DNA from: a virus
Length of the DNA stretch: 64,000 nucleotides
Reading direction: 5' to 3' (one strand)
IMG/VR virus record: IMGVR_UViG_3300025276_000026
Span: 33,369 to 97,368 of that record
The position numbers were made by a program, and so were the translations under genes. Below the pieces are notes generated by a model. The model searched no databases, was not told the DNA's origin, and saw only the letters and a list, made by a program, of their open reading frames with translations. Positions within the stretch are counted from its first letter, which is position 1, and every line of letters begins with the position of its first letter. This document shows positions 38,771 through 48,847 of the stretch, piece after piece.

Positions 38771-38800
38771 AAAAAAAAACCCCTCGAAAGAGGGGTTTTT
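38771..38800. terminator. bidirectional rho-independent terminator between gp23 and the phosphatase gene
   Basis: A9-CCCCTC-GAAA-GAGGGG-T5. Confidence 0.85.
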
Positions 38801-38831
38801 AGTATCACCGAAGTGATTAGAACCGAAGTCC

Positions 38832-40133
38832 TTACAGAATGTTTGACACTGCAAATTTTCTGTAGTACTGGTTAGTTCCCGCAGTTGCAAGTCCGTCTGC
38901 TGGTGTAGCACCAACGAAAGGATTTGAAACCATACCATATCTAGTTTTGAAACCGATTTTTGGTTGGAAAGTATTCTCACCGACAGCACGAACCATTTGT
39001 AATGGTACGTAAGGACAGTAGAAAAGACCAGCATCATAAGGGTTAGTTCCTCTATAACCTACAGTCAAGTAATCAACACCAGCATATGGGTCGACGTATA
39101 CTTTAACTCTTCCGTTTAGGATACCAGCAAATGTATTGCCAGTGTCGTCAACGTTTAAGTTTGTAGATAAAGCAGGTGCGTAATCTAATACTCCTGCCAT
39201 TGAAAGAGCAGATGCTACGTCTGAAGAACATAGGATAAAGTTACCTTTTCCTCTTCTTGTTTCTTTAGCTATCTTGTTTGACTCTCTTTCGATTTGGAAC
39301 AATAATCCTTTAAATTTCTCAACAGACCATCTTCCGTTTGCGTCAACGTCTAAGTTGAACGTTCCAGCAGTAGCAGTTGCAGCTGCACCTACTTTAGCTT
39401 GAACGTTAACATTTCTGATAACTTCACGGTTGATTTCTGCAAGAATTTCTGATGAAAGAATATTTGCAAGTTCTGATTCTGCATCAAGACCGTGGATTGC
39501 TTTGAGGTCTTGTGCTAATTCGAGTGTGTACTCTGCTTTTAATGCTCTGGATTTTGCAGTTACGGTTGCTTTCTCAATGCTGAATGCCATTTGAGCGAAA
39601 CCGTTTGATGCTTCAACGTCTCCAAGTGCTTCTGCACTTGCTGTTGACATACCCGCACCTGTATCAGTCGCATATGAACCATTGAATGGGTCATTATTAC
39701 GTGCTGCTAAAGGGCCGTCAGCGACAACTTGGTTGTCATTGGAATACTTAGTATCTGCTTCGTTAAATAACGCTTCAGTTTTACCTTCTCTTCCTGCTGA
39801 TGGATAGTCATTGTATCTTGCTTTCATAGCAAAGATAAGCCCTGTTGGGCCAGTCATTGGTTGAACACCACAAATGTCGTATGCAACGAGATTTGGCATG
39901 GCTCTACGTACTAATGAAATCAAGATTGGATTCCAGTTAGATACTGCAGAACTTCCAGTAGCATTTAAAGGTGCTGCTTCGTCAAGAGTTTGACCTTCTT
40001 CGAAAAGGGCCTTCTCTTGGTTTTCAAGAATAACAGCAGTAACGGCACGCTTGTAGTTGTCTTCGATTTTTGGTAAATCGGAGTGTTCTAGAATCGGCTG
40101 CCACTTCTCTTGTAAGTTTTCTGATAAAAACAT
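38832..40133 (-). CDS. gp23: major capsid protein
   Basis: LVRRAMPNL, GVQPMTGPTGLIFAM, AKSRALKAEYT, FQPKIGFKTRYG. Confidence 0.98.
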   Translation of the reverse strand: MFLSENLQEKWQPILEHSDLPKIEDNYKRAVTAVILENQEKALFEEGQTLDEAAPLNATGSSAVSNWNPILISLVRRAMPNLVAYDICGVQPMTGPTGLIFAMKARYNDYPSAGREGKTEALFNEADTKYSNDNQVVADGPLAARNNDPFNGSYATDTGAGMSTASAEALGDVEASNGFAQMAFSIEKATVTAKSRALKAEYTLELAQDLKAIHGLDAESELANILSSEILAEINREVIRNVNVQAKVGAAATATAGTFNLDVDANGRWSVEKFKGLLFQIERESNKIAKETRRGKGNFILCSSDVASALSMAGVLDYAPALSTNLNVDDTGNTFAGILNGRVKVYVDPYAGVDYLTVGYRGTNPYDAGLFYCPYVPLQMVRAVGENTFQPKIGFKTRYGMVSNPFVGATPADGLATAGTNQYYRKFAVSNIL

Positions 40134-40148
40134 AATTTTTCCTTTAAA

Positions 40149-41501
40149 TTAACCTAATGGTTTTAGTTTTGTTATTGCTTGAGTGTACTGTTGCATATCG
40201 GGTGCAAGTGTTGGTGCAGATTGCTCTGAGATAACACCTGTTCCTTCTTCTACAATAGTATCCTCAACTAGTTTGTCAATGTCATTTGGGAAGTAAGCTT
40301 CTGCAATTTCAGCAATCTTCTCAGCGAAGTCTGCCTCATCTTTAAAGTCTACACCATTTGACAATGATTCTAGCTTCTCTTTTTGTGATTCGGACAAACT
40401 GTCACCAGCTGCCGTTACCACGTTACTTCTCTTGAGGGCATCTAACTCTTCTGTGATGTCAATATTTCTACTAACTTCACCATCAAGTTTCTGTTCCATC
40501 TCGTCGAGACGATTTGCGAGTTCATCGATAACGTTGTACTTATCTTCTGGCACGTCAACATAATGTTCTGTGAACAATGTTTTCAAACCATCGATGAAGT
40601 TTTCTGTCATCTCTGCTCTCAATCCTCTTTCTATTGCAAGTTCGTTTTCTTTCGTCCACTCTTCTGCAACATATGAAAGATATTTATCAACACCTTCCGC
40701 TAGGTCGGTTTTGATTTTTTCCACTGAGGATTTTAATTCTTCTGTGTACTGAGTCTCTAGGGACTCTTTAATTTCTGCAACTTTTGAAGTCACTGCAGCT
40801 TTGAAGATAGTTCTAGCTTTGTCAGAATTCTCGTCTGATAAATCTAATGCTTCTGAGATTTTAGATAGGTCGTCTTCTACTTCAATCTCGATTAGATTTG
40901 CTTCGAGCTCTGCAGAAGTTTCTTCGTCAACTTCCTTCTCTTTCTTTTTATCTTCGTCTTCGTCATCACCCTTTTCGAAATTGAACTTTTCAGCGAAGTC
41001 TGCGACTGCATCTTCGTCCATTCCTTTTAGTGATTCTACTATTTTTCTAGCTACTTCTGCTTTAGTAAGGGTCTCGTCAACTTCTTCTTCTGATATAGAA
41101 CTAAATCTACTTTGAAGTTCTTCCTTAGTCATTTCCTTCATATTGTTGACGATAGCTTTGATAGATTCCATTTTAGTAGATTTAACTACGTCTTTAGATT
41201 CTTCTTCTTCTTCTGAAACTTTTGCAAGTTTAGGTTGCTTGTCTGCCTTACCAGCATTCTTTTGTTGGGCATCACCACTTACTGGTTTCTGTCCTTCTGC
41301 TTTCTTGATAGATGCAACTGCTTTGTCAACAGGATTTTCTTCGGGTTTAACGACTTCTGCTTTACCTTGACCTACGGTCTCGGCGTCAGATGAACCTTGC
41401 TTTACAGGTTTCGCGTCACCTTTTTGAGCACCGTCTGTAGGTTGTTTCACTTCAGAAACTTCTACTTCTGTACTTTCTAGGTTATTTTCTAACTCTGCCA
41501 T
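40149..41501 (-). CDS. gp22: prohead core scaffold protein
   Basis: Acidic coiled coil; DKYLSYVAEEWTKENELAIERG; position. Confidence 0.92.
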   Translation of the reverse strand: MAELENNLESTEVEVSEVKQPTDGAQKGDAKPVKQGSSDAETVGQGKAEVVKPEENPVDKAVASIKKAEGQKPVSGDAQQKNAGKADKQPKLAKVSEEEEESKDVVKSTKMESIKAIVNNMKEMTKEELQSRFSSISEEEVDETLTKAEVARKIVESLKGMDEDAVADFAEKFNFEKGDDEDEDKKKEKEVDEETSAELEANLIEIEVEDDLSKISEALDLSDENSDKARTIFKAAVTSKVAEIKESLETQYTEELKSSVEKIKTDLAEGVDKYLSYVAEEWTKENELAIERGLRAEMTENFIDGLKTLFTEHYVDVPEDKYNVIDELANRLDEMEQKLDGEVSRNIDITEELDALKRSNVVTAAGDSLSESQKEKLESLSNGVDFKDEADFAEKIAEIAEAYFPNDIDKLVEDTIVEEGTGVISEQSAPTLAPDMQQYTQAITKLKPLG

Positions 41502-41529
41502 GTTTTTCTCCTGTTTGAGTTTACTTTTT

Positions 41530-41537
41530 TATTTATA
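41530..41537 (-). promoter_or_regulatory. late promoter of gp22-gp23
   Basis: TATAAATA followed by AGGAG RBS. Confidence 0.75.
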
Positions 41538-41539
41538 TG

Positions 41540-42193
41540 TTAAAGGCTTTCAACAAACCTTTTCCATAGATTTAACTTAGTTTCTTCTAATTTATTCAGC
41601 TTAGCACCCCTTAATTGAGTCCTCATGCTGTCTGCGTCAACTGCTTTTAATATACCGTTAGACATAATCCACTCTACACCCTCGTAAATACCTTCAACGA
41701 AGGCCTCGGGAGCAGATGGGTCTGCCACTATATCGGCTGCTGTTGCCAATTGGAAGTCACCTTTTACGTATTGAGCACCACCTTTTTCTTCCAAAGAACC
41801 TAATCCTCTAGATGAAACTCCTAATTTGGCACCATCGTCGATAAGATTTCTTACAATCTGACCGTTTGGTGTGCTCAAAATCTTTGCACGTCCTATATAA
41901 TTGTTACCATCTTCTTCTAAAGATGTAATCATATGTGACACTTTATCAAGATTGATAGTCGGGCCCTCGGGATGACCGAGTTCTCCGAATGCTCTATCCT
42001 TCTCAATGAATTCTTTTCTATAACGGTTAACTTCTTTTTCCATAATTGCTTTAGGATAGACTCTACCGTTTCTATTTTTTATTTCTGACTGCATGAAGAC
42101 ACCTTCTATGAAGTATTCCTTCTTGCCTTCACTGTTTGCTTCAACAATGACTGGTGACATTTGATAGTCGTTATATTCAGATATTAATTTCAT
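41540..42193 (-). CDS. gp21: prohead protease
   Basis: NRNGRVYP, GELGHP, GVSSRGLGS, DIVADPSAP. Confidence 0.96.
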   Translation of the reverse strand: MKLISEYNDYQMSPVIVEANSEGKKEYFIEGVFMQSEIKNRNGRVYPKAIMEKEVNRYRKEFIEKDRAFGELGHPEGPTINLDKVSHMITSLEEDGNNYIGRAKILSTPNGQIVRNLIDDGAKLGVSSRGLGSLEEKGGAQYVKGDFQLATAADIVADPSAPEAFVEGIYEGVEWIMSNGILKAVDADSMRTQLRGAKLNKLEETKLNLWKRFVESL

Positions 42194-42479
42194 TTATAAT
42201 TTCCTCTACTGTTATTCCTTCTTCAGACATGGTAGACATTATCTTTTTAATGTCTTTCATCTCTTTCTCTGCAGCTTTCAAATCCTTATAAGAATTATCA
42301 CCACTGAATAAATTACCATCCATATACACATCAACTCTATTCTTTCTGTTCTGTGCATACGACACCATCACTTTTTTCGAACCAATCCTTACCGAATCAC
42401 TTTTGAGTTCTTTTGAACCTGTTGGCAACTTTAATTTTGCCTCGTTCAACTCATTAGATAATACGTTAAAGGATTTCAC
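42177..42479 (-). CDS. prohead core protein (gp68-like position)
   Basis: Between portal and gp21; MKSF...LNEA N-terminus. Confidence 0.6.
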   Translation of the reverse strand: MKSFNVLSNELNEAKLKLPTGSKELKSDSVRIGSKKVMVSYAQNRKNRVDVYMDGNLFSGDNSYKDLKAAEKEMKDIKKIMSTMSEEGITVEEIINEINI

Positions 42480-42482
42480 TAA

Positions 42483-42662
42483 CTACTCTCCAGTAGGTTC
42501 TTTAGTGGGATTATCCATCCAGTCGACTTGAGCATTAACTCGTTTCATGTCGACAGCATCCGCTGCACTCTGTTTAAGTCCATCACCGATAGACCCTCTT
42601 GCAGCTTCGAATTGACCTTGTTCTATTTGGTCAACTATACTTTTTGCTATTTCACTACTCAT
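42483..42662 (-). CDS. prohead core protein (gp67-like, 59 aa)
   Basis: Manual translation MSSEIAKSIVDQIEQGQFEAARG...; directly after portal. Confidence 0.65.
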   Translation of the reverse strand: MSSEIAKSIVDQIEQGQFEAARGSIGDGLKQSAADAVDMKRVNAQVDWMDNPTKEPTGE

Positions 42663-42665
42663 ATT

Positions 42666-44204
42666 TTAAAAACTCCCGAAGTCATCTTCGTCTTCTTCAT
42701 CGCCCTTATCACTATTTCCTTCTTTAGCGATTTGAGCATCAATTATTTTTATGTCTTCTTCTGATTGTCTTAGTATATACTTTCTAATGTACTCATCTGA
42801 ATAGTACTTACCAACATACTCTGAAGCCTGACCGAGAGTATCTAATCTCTCTCTTAAAATCTCTGCATCCTTCAACTCTGTAAAATGGTTGTCGGTTGTA
42901 AAATCATACTGTAAGAAGTCTTTGACTTTGTCAAACTCCTCACCACTTACGATTTCCTTAAGTACTAATTGTGTCTTAAGAATATCTGTAAAAACTCTTC
43001 CAAACTTCTTCTGAAGTCTGTTTGTGAACTTATTAAATTTAAGTTCGTCTCTAGAAATTTCAGATGAACGACCCATGTTGAATCCGTTATCTGCTTCCAT
43101 TCTAGATGAAGGTACGTTTAGAGATTGATATAACTTCTTCTTGAAGTATTCTATATCATCTATGTCTGCTAGGTTTTGTCCGCCTGGCAATGTAGTAATC
43201 TCTGTTCCTCTACCACCTTCTCTTCTTGGTAACCAAAAATCTTCCAACATACTCATATGTTTTCTATCATCTTTGATTTCACCTGTATCTGCATTGTAAA
43301 CCAACTTGTTCTTGTATCGGTTCATTACATCAGCAAGATACTGTTCTGCCTTTGCTTTTGGAAGGTTACCTACGTCGATGTAGAATATCCTTCTTTCGGG
43401 GGCTCTTGAAATCCTATAGATAACAAGTGCATCTTCCATCATTGATAACTGATTTGCAGTCTTCAATGCCTTGTGCAGATACCCGATAACTACGTTCTTA
43501 GTGTAGTCAAGTAATCCCGAAGTTGTATAACATACTGCCTCGGGTGCGATTCGTACAGTGTTTCCTTCCGCTGCACTAGTCTTATCAAAACCTTTATCAT
43601 TGAATACGAAGAACTCTTCTATCTTAGAAACCCTTTCTATCTTAGTCTTTGGGTCTCTTTCCTTCTCAATGTTTCTAACCTTCTTAATCTTAATAGGGTC
43701 AATATTTCTCAAGTCCATGATACCAGCTTTTGGTTTTTTGCCGTCCACGACTTTATGGAAGTATATCCTTCCATCCACGTACCATTTTCTGAATAATTCA
43801 TGAGAGTTCTGATTGAACTTCATCATTGATAGGATGCTACTGAACTCGTCTTGTACCTTGTTTTTGATACTGTCAGAGAGTTTAACATCTCTGAGGTCGA
43901 GTGACACTATCCTATCGGAACTATCCGATGTGATACACTCATTAATAATGTCTTCGATAGCAGAGTCACACTCTGGCACCAAAGATATTTCACGGTATCG
44001 TCTAATGAGTTCTGCCTCATTTTTGATACCACCTTCCATATCGATGTAAGCACCGTATGCTCCACCCGATATAAAACCGCTCTGTTGTTGTATGACTGGC
44101 GTACCGTCATCATCAACTGGGGGTACAAATGATGGAGATGAGGGCATCTCCTTCGTTCGTAATTCATCCTTTTTACGGGATATTTCAAATCCTAATATTT
44201 CCAT
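42666..44204 (-). CDS. gp20: portal protein
   Basis: WYVDGRIYFH, RAPERRIFYIDVGNLPK, EDFWLPRREGGRGTEI. Confidence 0.98.
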   Translation of the reverse strand: MEILGFEISRKKDELRTKEMPSSPSFVPPVDDDGTPVIQQQSGFISGGAYGAYIDMEGGIKNEAELIRRYREISLVPECDSAIEDIINECITSDSSDRIVSLDLRDVKLSDSIKNKVQDEFSSILSMMKFNQNSHELFRKWYVDGRIYFHKVVDGKKPKAGIMDLRNIDPIKIKKVRNIEKERDPKTKIERVSKIEEFFVFNDKGFDKTSAAEGNTVRIAPEAVCYTTSGLLDYTKNVVIGYLHKALKTANQLSMMEDALVIYRISRAPERRIFYIDVGNLPKAKAEQYLADVMNRYKNKLVYNADTGEIKDDRKHMSMLEDFWLPRREGGRGTEITTLPGGQNLADIDDIEYFKKKLYQSLNVPSSRMEADNGFNMGRSSEISRDELKFNKFTNRLQKKFGRVFTDILKTQLVLKEIVSGEEFDKVKDFLQYDFTTDNHFTELKDAEILRERLDTLGQASEYVGKYYSDEYIRKYILRQSEEDIKIIDAQIAKEGNSDKGDEEDEDDFGSF

Positions 44205-44247
44205 AACTATATTTATACCACTCCAAAAGTGGTTTTTTTCACTTTAA

Positions 44248-44745
44248 TTAAAGGACTCTTTCCCAATGAGAGAAAGCTATTTCAACTGTAAATTCTTCTA
44301 ATGCATCGACTGTTTCATAACTTAATGCTATTTCACCGATGTTTTTAGGGAACATGTTGAAGAACTCGTATCTCGCTAGAACTGAGTCATCTTTGTTTAA
44401 CTGTTCTACAAATCCTCTAGATAATAAGTAATCTAAAGTTGTAGAGCCTTCACCACTATCCATTGCTTGGATTTCCATCTGCCATGCTTCAAGAGCAGTT
44501 CTTGCAGAGAATTCCATATCATTGATGATAGTAACTGACCAGTCTGCGAAACTTCTTTCACCTGCCAGTTTTAGAACCATTCCTCTAAAAGGAACTGGTG
44601 TTTCACTCAAGGTTGCAGCTGGAATGTTTGCACCCTTACACATGAACTCGATATTGTTTCCAGCTCTTGGTAAGAATACTCTAAAACGGTTTGCTCTTGG
44701 GCCACCACCGATTAGTTGTGCTTTAAATTGGTCTATTGTTGCCAT
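44248..44745 (-). CDS. gp19: tail tube protein
   Basis: RANRF, KLAGERSFADW, EEFTVE. Confidence 0.93.
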   Translation of the reverse strand: MATIDQFKAQLIGGGPRANRFRVFLPRAGNNIEFMCKGANIPAATLSETPVPFRGMVLKLAGERSFADWSVTIINDMEFSARTALEAWQMEIQAMDSGEGSTTLDYLLSRGFVEQLNKDDSVLARYEFFNMFPKNIGEIALSYETVDALEEFTVEIAFSHWERVL

Positions 44746-44757
44746 GTTTTATACTCC

Positions 44758-46758
44758 TTAAACTGCGCCATAGATTTCACTAAACTCAACACCCGACCTT
44801 GCAGCCACGAAGTTAAGAGTGATAAAGTTAATACTTCTAGCAGGTTTAACAAAGATAGAACAAACGAATTCGTTTCTATCAATGACACTATCAGTGTTGT
44901 TTGTTTCGTCACAAACTACTGAAAAGTCTACTAGTCCTCTTCTGTTTTTTACATCTCTTAGGAAAGGTTCTACTGCAGCTCTAAATTGTGCTCTTGTGAA
45001 TGCATCGTTGAATTCAAAGAGTTGTGCTTTCGCAGCTGTTGATATTGCCTTCTCTAATACTATGAATAATCTTCTGACATTAATTCTATCAAATGCTGAT
45101 GGAGAACTTAATGCTGTCTTATCACCGTAAAGAATTGTTCCTTGGCCTGGGAATGTTACTACTGGATTAACTCTTGCTCTGTACAAGTCATCTCTAGATG
45201 CTTGTGAAGGGTTAAACGCAAGTTTAGTAATTCCTAGGTACTGTCCTCTTGAGAATCCTGCTGGTGAGAACCATGCATCTCTAAGTAGGTCAGACCTTGC
45301 CATTATGCCTGCTGTATGTCCGTTAGCAGGTACGTAACAGTACTTATCGTTGTATCTGTCGTACTGATATGTCCAACCGCTGTCGATTACGGCATATGAA
45401 CTTGAAGACATAGTGTTAGCAGTGGTTATAACGTTACTTGATTGTGTTGACTCTGAAGTAACACCAACAACGTCTGCACGTCTTGGTGACATAACTGCGA
45501 CACAATCTTTTCTTGATTCTGCAATCATTACCGCTTGATTAGAAAGTGTAGTCCAGTCTGCAAGAATGTCTTGGTCTGTTCCACTTCCATTATCAGTTCT
45601 TGAAGAACCTACGATTAGGAAAGATATATCTGTTGTTTCACCATCTTTGAAATGAGTTTCCCATGCACCGTACTTCTGAGCTGCTGTTGCAGTTCTTCCG
45701 TTGGCACCATTTGCTAGGGATGTAGTCTCTGGCAATGTAGGTCTTCCGAATGCTTTGCCTGAAGTAGCAGATATTGCATGAGTTCTGTTTTCATTTGCAG
45801 TGTTTACCATTGCAGTTGAATGGAATGTCCAATATATGTACTCTGATTTATTTGCTATTACTTTTTTGTAATAGTTAGTCTCACCACTTGCATCTTTTGC
45901 GTCTGACGCAAGAGAAACAAATCCGTAAGTTTCTAAAATTGAATGTCTAACACCACTGATTGCACCGTCTTCGTCGGATACAACAACGTGAATCTCGTCA
46001 GCAACTCCACCCGCTGCAGTTGCAGAAGTAGATGTGCCAGGAGCTTTATCGAATGATGCAAAGAATTCCCAGTATCTATTTACTGCAGAACCATTAGCAA
46101 CTGTTGCAATTAGACCTGTCCCTGTAGGTTGACCTAATGCTTCGATTGTTATAATGTCTGTGTTGATTGCAGTAACACGATATTGTTGTGTTACAGCAGC
46201 GAATGTTATGATGTCTCTGACTTTTAATAATGCTCCACCACCACTCGCAAGAGTGATTAGTGTTTGACCAGCTGCTTCTTCAGCACCTGTTGTCGTTGCA
46301 GCGTCATTGTAATATGCATCGGGTGATGTACATACAGAAACTTTTAATGAATTACCTAAGACGCCAGGGCATCGTGCAATCCATTTTCCTACTGTTGAAC
46401 CTAGAGCGCCTGTTTCATAAGATGCGACGTAAGTGTCGTTGTTCTTAAGAAGTGATGTAGTAGAACCACCAGCGTTTGCACTAAACAAACCTGTAGTTCC
46501 GACTCTAACGACTCTTAATGATGAACCATATCTTAAAAATGCTTCTGCTGAATAAAAGTCTTCTGCTCCAGCATTGGTATTAGCTGGTTCTGAGAACTCT
46601 TCTACTAAAGCCTTTGTGTCTGAAACTGTCTTAACTTCATCAACAGGGCCCCATTGGAATGAACCAGCGAAAGCACCAGTTGTGCTTGATACTGCTGGTA
46701 CAACATTTGTAAGGTCAACCTCTTTGACCTGTACGCCTGGTGATACTTGAAATGCCAT
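44758..46758 (-). CDS. gp18: tail sheath protein
   Basis: SPGVQVKEVDLT, WFSPAG, RINVRRLF, KPARSINFITLNF. Confidence 0.97.
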   Translation of the reverse strand: MAFQVSPGVQVKEVDLTNVVPAVSSTTGAFAGSFQWGPVDEVKTVSDTKALVEEFSEPANTNAGAEDFYSAEAFLRYGSSLRVVRVGTTGLFSANAGGSTTSLLKNNDTYVASYETGALGSTVGKWIARCPGVLGNSLKVSVCTSPDAYYNDAATTTGAEEAAGQTLITLASGGGALLKVRDIITFAAVTQQYRVTAINTDIITIEALGQPTGTGLIATVANGSAVNRYWEFFASFDKAPGTSTSATAAGGVADEIHVVVSDEDGAISGVRHSILETYGFVSLASDAKDASGETNYYKKVIANKSEYIYWTFHSTAMVNTANENRTHAISATSGKAFGRPTLPETTSLANGANGRTATAAQKYGAWETHFKDGETTDISFLIVGSSRTDNGSGTDQDILADWTTLSNQAVMIAESRKDCVAVMSPRRADVVGVTSESTQSSNVITTANTMSSSSYAVIDSGWTYQYDRYNDKYCYVPANGHTAGIMARSDLLRDAWFSPAGFSRGQYLGITKLAFNPSQASRDDLYRARVNPVVTFPGQGTILYGDKTALSSPSAFDRINVRRLFIVLEKAISTAAKAQLFEFNDAFTRAQFRAAVEPFLRDVKNRRGLVDFSVVCDETNNTDSVIDRNEFVCSIFVKPARSINFITLNFVAARSGVEFSEIYGAV

Positions 46759-46797
46759 ACTTTTTCTCCTGTTAATGTAAAAAGTTGTTTACTGTTT

Positions 46798-46805
46798 TAT
46801 TTATA
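46798..46805 (-). promoter_or_regulatory. late promoter of gp18
   Basis: TATAAATA. Confidence 0.75.
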
Positions 46806-46839
46806 ACTTTTAATTTCCTATTAAATGGCACTAAGGCCA

Positions 46840-48426
46840 TCACATGTTTTTGTGATACCATCTATCACCTTCCTTATCCACAAATGAAGATTCTTGAGGA
46901 CTTCCCTCTCCGAAGACTCCTGCTGGTAGCAAATCGTCTTGGATTATCTTCTGTTGTTCGGCATACAACAAGTCTTTAACTTGTGTATCGGTTAAGTGAT
47001 AGAAGTATTCTGTAGTGATAAACCAACTAAACAGGACAATATTCATTACCATGTCGTCGTGATAACCTCTATCAGCTTCGAAACTTGTACCTTTATTTAT
47101 AAAGGTCATGAGCTCGGTTATTGTAGGCCTATCCACTAACTCTAATCTGTGTTCTTCTAACAATTCTTTCATTGTTGAACAACCGATTCGTTTAATCTTT
47201 CTTGACATCGTAACTCCGATGTCGGCTGCACTTGCAAAACCTTGGGTAAAAACGTTCTCATACTCAATGTCATAGTGCAATTGATTAGCAACCATAGCAC
47301 CTTCATTATTATTTTCAATTATTACAATTGGTTTATTATAAGGTGTTACAAACTTATTTATAATATCGGGGAAGAGAAGGGGACTTATCATGTTATCTCT
47401 GTACACAGCCACCTGTTTAAAGGGTTGTATGGAGACATCAAAGATTGTGAACGTACTCCAATCCATCCCCCTACCCTTTGCAACATCGACTGTTACTATG
47501 TATTCATGACCCTCTACTGGTTTATCATACATCGTAAACCCATCTCTCACCCATTCACCGTCTATTGCTTTCATTTCCAATAGGGTGTTACTATTAATAA
47601 GAGTATTACCAGTTCCTAAGAACGAGTTACCATACTCTTGTTCAAACTGTGCTTCGGACGTGTTGCCGATTGTTTGTTGTTTCCATGCTTCATCTCTGCC
47701 TGGCACATCAAACCAGTTAATAAGGAAGTCTTTATAGTCCGACTGGCCATGTACTGCACTCTCATATATCTTATGGAACATATTACCTACACCGTTTGCA
47801 GTAGAGGTAATGATAACCTTGGAGTTTTTACCCGAGGTAACAACTGGATATGTTGCAGTATAGAAGGTTGCAGCGTCTTCTACGAATGCAAACTCATCTA
47901 GATATAGTAAGTTAATTGACATACCACGAATAGATGATGAGGATGTTGCAGCTGCAACTACCTTTGAATCGTTTGCAAATTCTATTGAACCTTTGTTAAG
48001 AATCTTAACGCCGGGCTGTAGAAAGAACGGAACTGATTCTAACATAGTAACAATACGTGCAATCATCTCCCTTGCAATTGCACCTTTGTTTGCAAGAACC
48101 GCTACGGTAACTTCGGGATGAAATACTAGGAACCATAGTAAGTAAGCACATGACGTAATGGATTTACCACTCTGTCTAGATGCAAGTACTACGTTAAACC
48201 TATTGTCGTTATAATGATTTATTAGTTTGTCTTGATACCCACGAAGTTTAAAGGGAACCATACCCTCGTCTAGTGAGATAATCTGTGTGTAATTCTCAAT
48301 GAAATGACAAGGGTCTTCAGAACATTTGATGTATTCTGCAAGCTCATCCTTGGTGTATTGTATATCAATACCACCTCTTTTGATGAGGTTGTTACCTAGA
48401 TAACCTTCATTGGTTGGTGCAACCAT
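46840..48426 (-). CDS. gp17: terminase large subunit
   Basis: SRQSGKS, YLDEFAF, ITSTANG, HDDMVM. Confidence 0.97.
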   Translation of the reverse strand: MVAPTNEGYLGNNLIKRGGIDIQYTKDELAEYIKCSEDPCHFIENYTQIISLDEGMVPFKLRGYQDKLINHYNDNRFNVVLASRQSGKSITSCAYLLWFLVFHPEVTVAVLANKGAIAREMIARIVTMLESVPFFLQPGVKILNKGSIEFANDSKVVAAATSSSSIRGMSINLLYLDEFAFVEDAATFYTATYPVVTSGKNSKVIITSTANGVGNMFHKIYESAVHGQSDYKDFLINWFDVPGRDEAWKQQTIGNTSEAQFEQEYGNSFLGTGNTLINSNTLLEMKAIDGEWVRDGFTMYDKPVEGHEYIVTVDVAKGRGMDWSTFTIFDVSIQPFKQVAVYRDNMISPLLFPDIINKFVTPYNKPIVIIENNNEGAMVANQLHYDIEYENVFTQGFASAADIGVTMSRKIKRIGCSTMKELLEEHRLELVDRPTITELMTFINKGTSFEADRGYHDDMVMNIVLFSWFITTEYFYHLTDTQVKDLLYAEQQKIIQDDLLPAGVFGEGSPQESSFVDKEGDRWYHKNM

Positions 48427-48845
48427 TACTCTTTAGTCTTCTTCAAAAATTTCTGTAATTCTGAAGTTGAACCTACGTATAGATGATTGTGTTGTGTACC
48501 AACCTTTGGTTTATCATCGTCTTTCTCTAGGTCTTTAATCTTCTTTTGTAGGTCTAATAATTTCTCTGCAGTCTCACCGACTGTCTTAAGTAACTGACCA
48601 GCAACCTCGTATGCACGTGGGTGTTCAGTTTCTTTTGCAACCTCTAAGATACCATCGATAGCATCTTGTCCACGCTCTACAAGACCATAGAGATTCTCTC
48701 TTGCGTATTTGTAGTCGTTTATTATGGATTCACCTCGGTCATTTAGTGACGGAAGCTTGTTCGGTATTACTTGAACTTCTTGTTTGATTTCTTTTTCGAT
48801 ACCAAGGATGTCATCCAGTTGGTTATCTATTGTATCTTTCGCCAT
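48426..48845 (-). CDS. gp16: terminase small subunit
   Basis: DYKYARENL, HPRAYEV, YVGSTSELQKFL. Confidence 0.92.
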   Translation of the reverse strand: MAKDTIDNQLDDILGIEKEIKQEVQVIPNKLPSLNDRGESIINDYKYARENLYGLVERGQDAIDGILEVAKETEHPRAYEVAGQLLKTVGETAEKLLDLQKKIKDLEKDDDKPKVGTQHNHLYVGSTSELQKFLKKTKE

Positions 48846-48847
48846 AA

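Noticed and set aside
2555-48426. Introns, inteins or homing endonucleases in gp43, gp46, uvsW, gp20 or gp17
   Set aside because: ORFs are continuous and of ordinary length; no HNH, GIY-YIG or LAGLIDADG motifs recognised
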